Source: Octopus vulgaris (Eukaryota). Taken from it: 64,000 bases of DNA. The stretch spans positions 63,054,001 to 63,118,000 of the forward strand of contig OX597827.1 in the NCBI GenBank assembly GCA_951406725.2. Direction: 5' to 3'. Shown here piece by piece: positions 59,017-64,000 of this stretch. The notes beneath the pieces are model-generated. The model was given only the letters and a program-made list of their open reading frames with translations. It had not been told where the DNA came from and did no database searches. A program made the position numbers and the translations under genes. Each line of letters starts with the position of its first letter. The stretch's first letter is position 1.

Positions 59017-59555
59017 TTGAGTGAGAGAACAGAACATTCTATCAAAGTGGGGTACAAATATACCAAGCCCAGTATACCCATCATGACTACCTGTTTGATA
59101 AGGGTACGCCAGACACATGCACCACAACCATGTGTGCGAAACATGGGTGATCTCATATCACGATAAACAGCGCATGACCTTGTAGGTGGGGCCCAGTTAG
59201 AACTTTCTTCTGGTCGAGTAGCCCATCCCTCTCAAAAGGCCTCTCAATAAGTGTTGTTTAAGGATGTTGAACGAAACACCCATGTTTCCAGAGGCGAATT
59301 GTGCAAACCCCAAATAATCCTTCTCAACACATGGCTATGATGCTCCTCCACTACTTCTGCTCGAGATTAGAGATGCACATATCGTCAGCCACTAAGGGCC
59401 ATGCTCAACTGGTTAAAGTCAAACAATTAACAAGCAAATCTGTGGTATTGAGCAGAATATTTGCTGTAGCCCATCTTTTATACCAAGACAAAGCAATGTA
59501 CATGATAACACTTCCAATCAGTTAAGACCAGAGGCCATGATAGCTAGTGCCTGGT
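59017..59555 (-). mobile_element. Full family D copy with an (AAT)n tail
   Basis: Reverse complement of 2317-2870. It ends ...ctctcactcaataa and runs into (AAT)n. Confidence 0.8.
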
Positions 59556-59559
59556 ATTG

Positions 59560-59939
59560 TTATTGTTGTTGTATATAGTCATCTTTTACCGTGGAGATGA
59601 TATTAATTAGGACGACGATCACAGAGATGAAGATGACGATGATGCTTATGGTGGAAGTGATGCAGTTGTAGTGTTGGTGGTGTTGGTTGTGATACCGGTG
59701 ATGGTGATTGTGATGTTGTTCGTAGTAGTGTGGTGGCGATGATGTCGGTGTTGTTGTTGTTGTTGACATTGGTAGCAATAGGGGCAGAGGCGGAGCTGGA
59801 GGCGGTGGCGTCGGCGGCGGAGACGGCGGCAGCGCCAAGAAATTTGTTGTTGCTATTGATAATGCTGTTGGAAGTGGTTGTAGTAGTAGTAGTAGCCGTA
59901 GTAGTAGTAGTCGTAGTAGTAGTAGTAGTAGTAGCAGCC

Positions 59940-59972
<33 letters not shown>

Positions 59973-60002
59973 CTAGTAGTAGTAGCAGTAGTAGTAGCAG
60001 CC

Positions 60003-60035
<33 letters not shown>

Positions 60036-60036
60036 C

Positions 60037-60074
<38 letters not shown>

Positions 60075-60207
60075 CTAGTAGTAGTAGCAGTAGTAGTAGC
60101 AGCAGCAGGAGGAGTAGCAGTAGTAGTAGTCGTAGTAGTAGTAGTATTAGTAGTTGTTGTTGTTGCTGCTGTTGCTGTTGTTGCTGTTGCTGCTGCTGCT
60201 GCTGTTG

Positions 60208-60255
<48 letters not shown>

Positions 60256-60290
60256 TTCTTGTTGTATTGATAACAATAACAGCCTTAACA
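59560..60290. repeat. Compound (GTA)/(GTT)/(GCT) trinucleotide tract
   Basis: Seen directly in the sequence. Confidence 0.9.
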
Positions 60291-60712
60291 ATCACAATAG
60301 CTTAGGTAATAAATATCGGAAGGGAATAATATGTAAGGAACAAAAACGGAACGAAAAAAAAAAATAAAATCGTTCCTCTACTGCTTATTGTTGTTGCTGT
60401 TGTTGTTGTTGTTCTTCTTCGTGTTCTTATTCTTCGTTTTCCTTCTCCCGTGGAGATTTGCCAATACAGAAGAACATGTTGGCATAGCATGCATTACGAG
60501 TTGCAGATCCGTTCTTACGCCCCTCTTGGGGGCAATGAGAGCTACGTTACGTTTTCCACAATTTGGCATCGGGGTTAATTAAGAACAATTGGCAGCGAAC
60601 GTCGTATTTTAATCTCGTAGGTTACCTTTCGCCTCCAGCACGGCGGATTTTTCGTGTCTTCTTCTTATATACTTGGATGGAATATATTGATCTGTGAAAT
60701 AGAATGAAGACT

Positions 60713-60726
60713 GTTGCCATGACAAC
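60713..60726. promoter_or_regulatory. Candidate RFX X-box
   Basis: GTTGCCATGACAAC is one mismatch from the palindrome GTTGCCATGGCAAC and lies in non-repetitive sequence. Confidence 0.3.
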
Positions 60727-60854
60727 GGATCTTGGTTGGTTCGTTGGTTGATAGGACCTGGCTGGTTTTTGCATCTGAAATATCGGTAAGCTTTTAATAT
60801 TGTCATCATCGTACATTCATTTCTTCTCTGTCGTCAACGGATTCTCCTTCTTTG

Positions 60855-61149
60855 TCTTCTTCTTCTTCTTCTTCTTCTTCTTCTTCTTCTTCTTCTTCTT
60901 CTTCTTCTTCTTCTTCTTCTTCTTCTTCTTCTTCTCCTGCTTCTTCTTCTTCTACTCTTCTTCTTCTTCTTCTTCTTCTTCTTCTTCTTCTTCTTCTTCT
61001 TCTTCTACTCTTCTGCTTCTTCTTCTTCTTCTTCTTCTTCTTCTTCATTTTCTTCTTCTTCTTTTTCTTTTTCTTCTTCATCATCATCATCATCATTAAC
61101 ATTTACTCCTTCTTTTTCTTCTTCACCATCATTACCATTTATTTCTTCC

Positions 61150-61180
<31 letters not shown>

Positions 61181-61273
61181 CTTCTTCTTCTTCTTCTTCT
61201 TCTTCTTCTTCTTCTTCTTCTACCTCTTCTCTTCCTCATCCTCATTCTTCTTCATCATCATCATCATCATCTT

Positions 61274-61340
<67 letters not shown>
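60855..61340. repeat. (TTC)n/(CAT)n/(CTA)n tract
   Basis: Seen directly in the sequence. Confidence 0.95.
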
Positions 61341-61678
61341 CGCCACCACCACCACCACTCCTTTTTCTCTATATTTTCCACTTCTTTTATTCCCCTGCAT
61401 CGTCTCTCTTTCTTCGACCGCCTACACCTCCTCCACCTCCTCCACCTCCTACTGTCCATCCTCCACCTTCTCCTTCGCCTCGTTCTTCTTCTTTGCCTTC
61501 TGTTTCCTTCTCCGTCTTCACCTCTTTCTATATCTCCTCCTCCTCCTCCTCCTTATCTTCCTGCAATTCTATTTTTAATTGTTCTGCTGTCTTCTTATTC
61601 TAATTCTTTACCTCACACGGATGATCGTGTTATGACGATGTCGATGACGCTGTTGTTATTGTTGTTGTTGTTGTTGAC

Positions 61679-61735
<57 letters not shown>

Positions 61736-61939
61736 ATGATGATGATGATGATGTTGATGATGATGATGTTGATGATGATGATGAAGATGATAATGACGAT
61801 AACGTGGATGACGGACATCCATACTAGTAGCGTAACACATTAAGTGGATATACACAAAACGTAAAACAACATAGACACAAACAGACACACACACACGTGT
61901 GTGAGTGTCTGTTCTATATGTATGTATATATATATATGC

Positions 61940-61999
<60 letters not shown>

Positions 62000-62026
62000 G
62001 TATATATATATATGTATATATATATT

Positions 62027-62087
<61 letters not shown>

Positions 62088-62492
62088 CTAGACAGATAGA
62101 GAGACAAGCAGGCAGACAAACAGACAAACAGACAAACAGACAGACAGAGGGCATAGACATGTGGAGGTATTGATATGTACTAAGAAACAAAGTTTGTTAT
62201 ATATGTGTATACGCGCTCACATACATACTTATGTGTGTTTGTGCGTGTGTATACATAAATATACGTATGGGAAGCGTAGAAATTAAGTACTTACATATAC
62301 ACACACATAACACAAATATACTGCTGTTTTGGTTTTTTTTTTCTCTCTCTCTAGTCTAGGGGAATCATGAAATTCTAATTTCGGATCACCTGCTCACTTT
62401 TATTTGGGATCTGTTTGAAGTTAGTGTTCAGGTACATATTTAAATAAAATCGAATGTGTACAATGTTGACAATATATATGTGTGTGTATACA

Positions 62493-62558
<66 letters not shown>

Positions 62559-63286
62559 GAGAGATAGAGAGAGCGACATAGATTGGTAGATACATAAACA
62601 CATAGATAGTTATATATGCACACATACATATATGTCGCACATACATATATTTATACATATATATGTATATATATACATATATTGGAATATATATATATAT
62701 GTACATATACATGCATACATACATACGTACATATATATATATATATATGTATGTATGTATGTATTTAAATACATATATGTACATGTATTTACAAATTAAG
62801 AGGAATGACAACCAAAATGGATTCCTAATACGCCAGAGGTAGACGTCAAATTGCCTTACCACGAAGAGTGTGTTCTCAAGGAAATCAGCAAACGCCAGAA
62901 TGTAAAAATGAGCAAGACAAATGAAAATATACGAAATAAAAAACGATAACCTACGTACCAATTTTGTACATATATATATATACATACATATATATATGTA
63001 TTTAAAATATATATATGTGGATACGCTTATGTTCTATATATACATGAATACAGACGCATACATACACATATGTATAGATGCATATATATCTCTCTATATA
63101 TATACCTTTATATATATATATATATTCATATCAGGTGCAGTCCAAGGAATTACGCCAAAGGAAAACACAAAATCAAAAGGGTATGCAATTTGCGGAGAAA
63201 AGGGTGTAATAACATTATTTAGTAAGGTGCACATCTGTTCTTGTGTAGGTGGACGTATCCTTCAGGCCACCTCTTGTCTAAGCCCC

Positions 63287-63321
<35 letters not shown>

Positions 63322-63326
<5 letters not shown>

Positions 63327-63921
63327 AAAAATAGGATAAAATCTTTATAAGAATTTATCAAGTAGTCAGCATGAAAAACCTTATAAGAGAAAAAAACTCT
63401 ACCAATTTTTTCACTTAAATATATTTATATTATATAGAGGGCATCACTACAAATAAATTCCACACGCTAGGAGGGACTCTTAAAGTCAAAACTACTAAAA
63501 TAAATAAACATATCGTACCGAATACAACTCTCGAAGCAAGTCATTTAAAAACAGAATTTAGCTGCAGATCACTGTGATTTCATAATCAGTGCAGTGGTGC
63601 ACTCTTTACTCATCAGTACAAGCATAATTCAAGATTTGTAATGAATGAACAAAATCAACATGCCAGACGAAAAACCATCGTATCCAACATAGTATATAGA
63701 AATGTTAATCCCTTATACATCTATGTTGCATTCGGTACAATATGTTTATTTATTTTAGTAGTTTTGACTTTAAGAGTCCCTCCTAGCGTGTGGCATTTAT
63801 GAGTAGCAATGACCTCTATATAATATAAATAAACATATTTAAGTGAAAAAATTGATGGATATGAGGTTTTTCACGCTAACTACATGATAAATTCTTAAAG
63901 ATTTTATCCTATTTTTAAATT
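63322..63921. repeat. ~200-bp inverted repeat pair around a ~200-bp spacer
   Basis: aatttaaaaataggataaaatc...cgtaccgaatacaac (63322-63528) / gttgcattcggtac...gattttatcctatttttaaatt (63726-63921). Confidence 0.85.
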
Positions 63922-64000
63922 GTAAATTTAACCGGAGAATATTCAGTACTGAATTTTTATTCCGAATAAGCACGTTGTTACCGGTGTCGATTTTACAATT

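Noticed and set aside
59560-61739. ORFs of 190-295 aa (poly-Thr, Leu, Phe, Ser)
   Set aside because: They are simple-repeat artefacts with no complex coding sequence.

Overview
AT-rich eukaryotic DNA that is dense in microsatellites. The repeat families and composition suggest a cephalopod (Octopus-like) genome; this is inference from recalled repeat motifs, not a database result. I cannot support any intact host protein-coding gene. Nearly all ORFs in the track are translations of (TA)n, (CA)n, (AAT)n, (CTA)n or (TTC)n tracts. The window is a nested mosaic of mobile DNA: three tRNA-derived SINE families, Tc1/mariner relics, hAT-type MITEs, non-autonomous Helitrons and a Helentron-like element, five R4/Dong-type endonuclease fragments next to (TAA)n tracts, a CR1/L2-type LINE 3' end, and a recent ~1.1-1.35 kb tandem duplication. 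The most interesting signal is a set of about a dozen type I hammerhead ribozyme motifs with short palindromic stem III, from several unrelated repeat families. One textbook-intact copy (20204-20245) lies in a 352-bp tandem-plus-inverted unit that resembles a non-LTR retrozyme or a Penelope-like terminal repeat.
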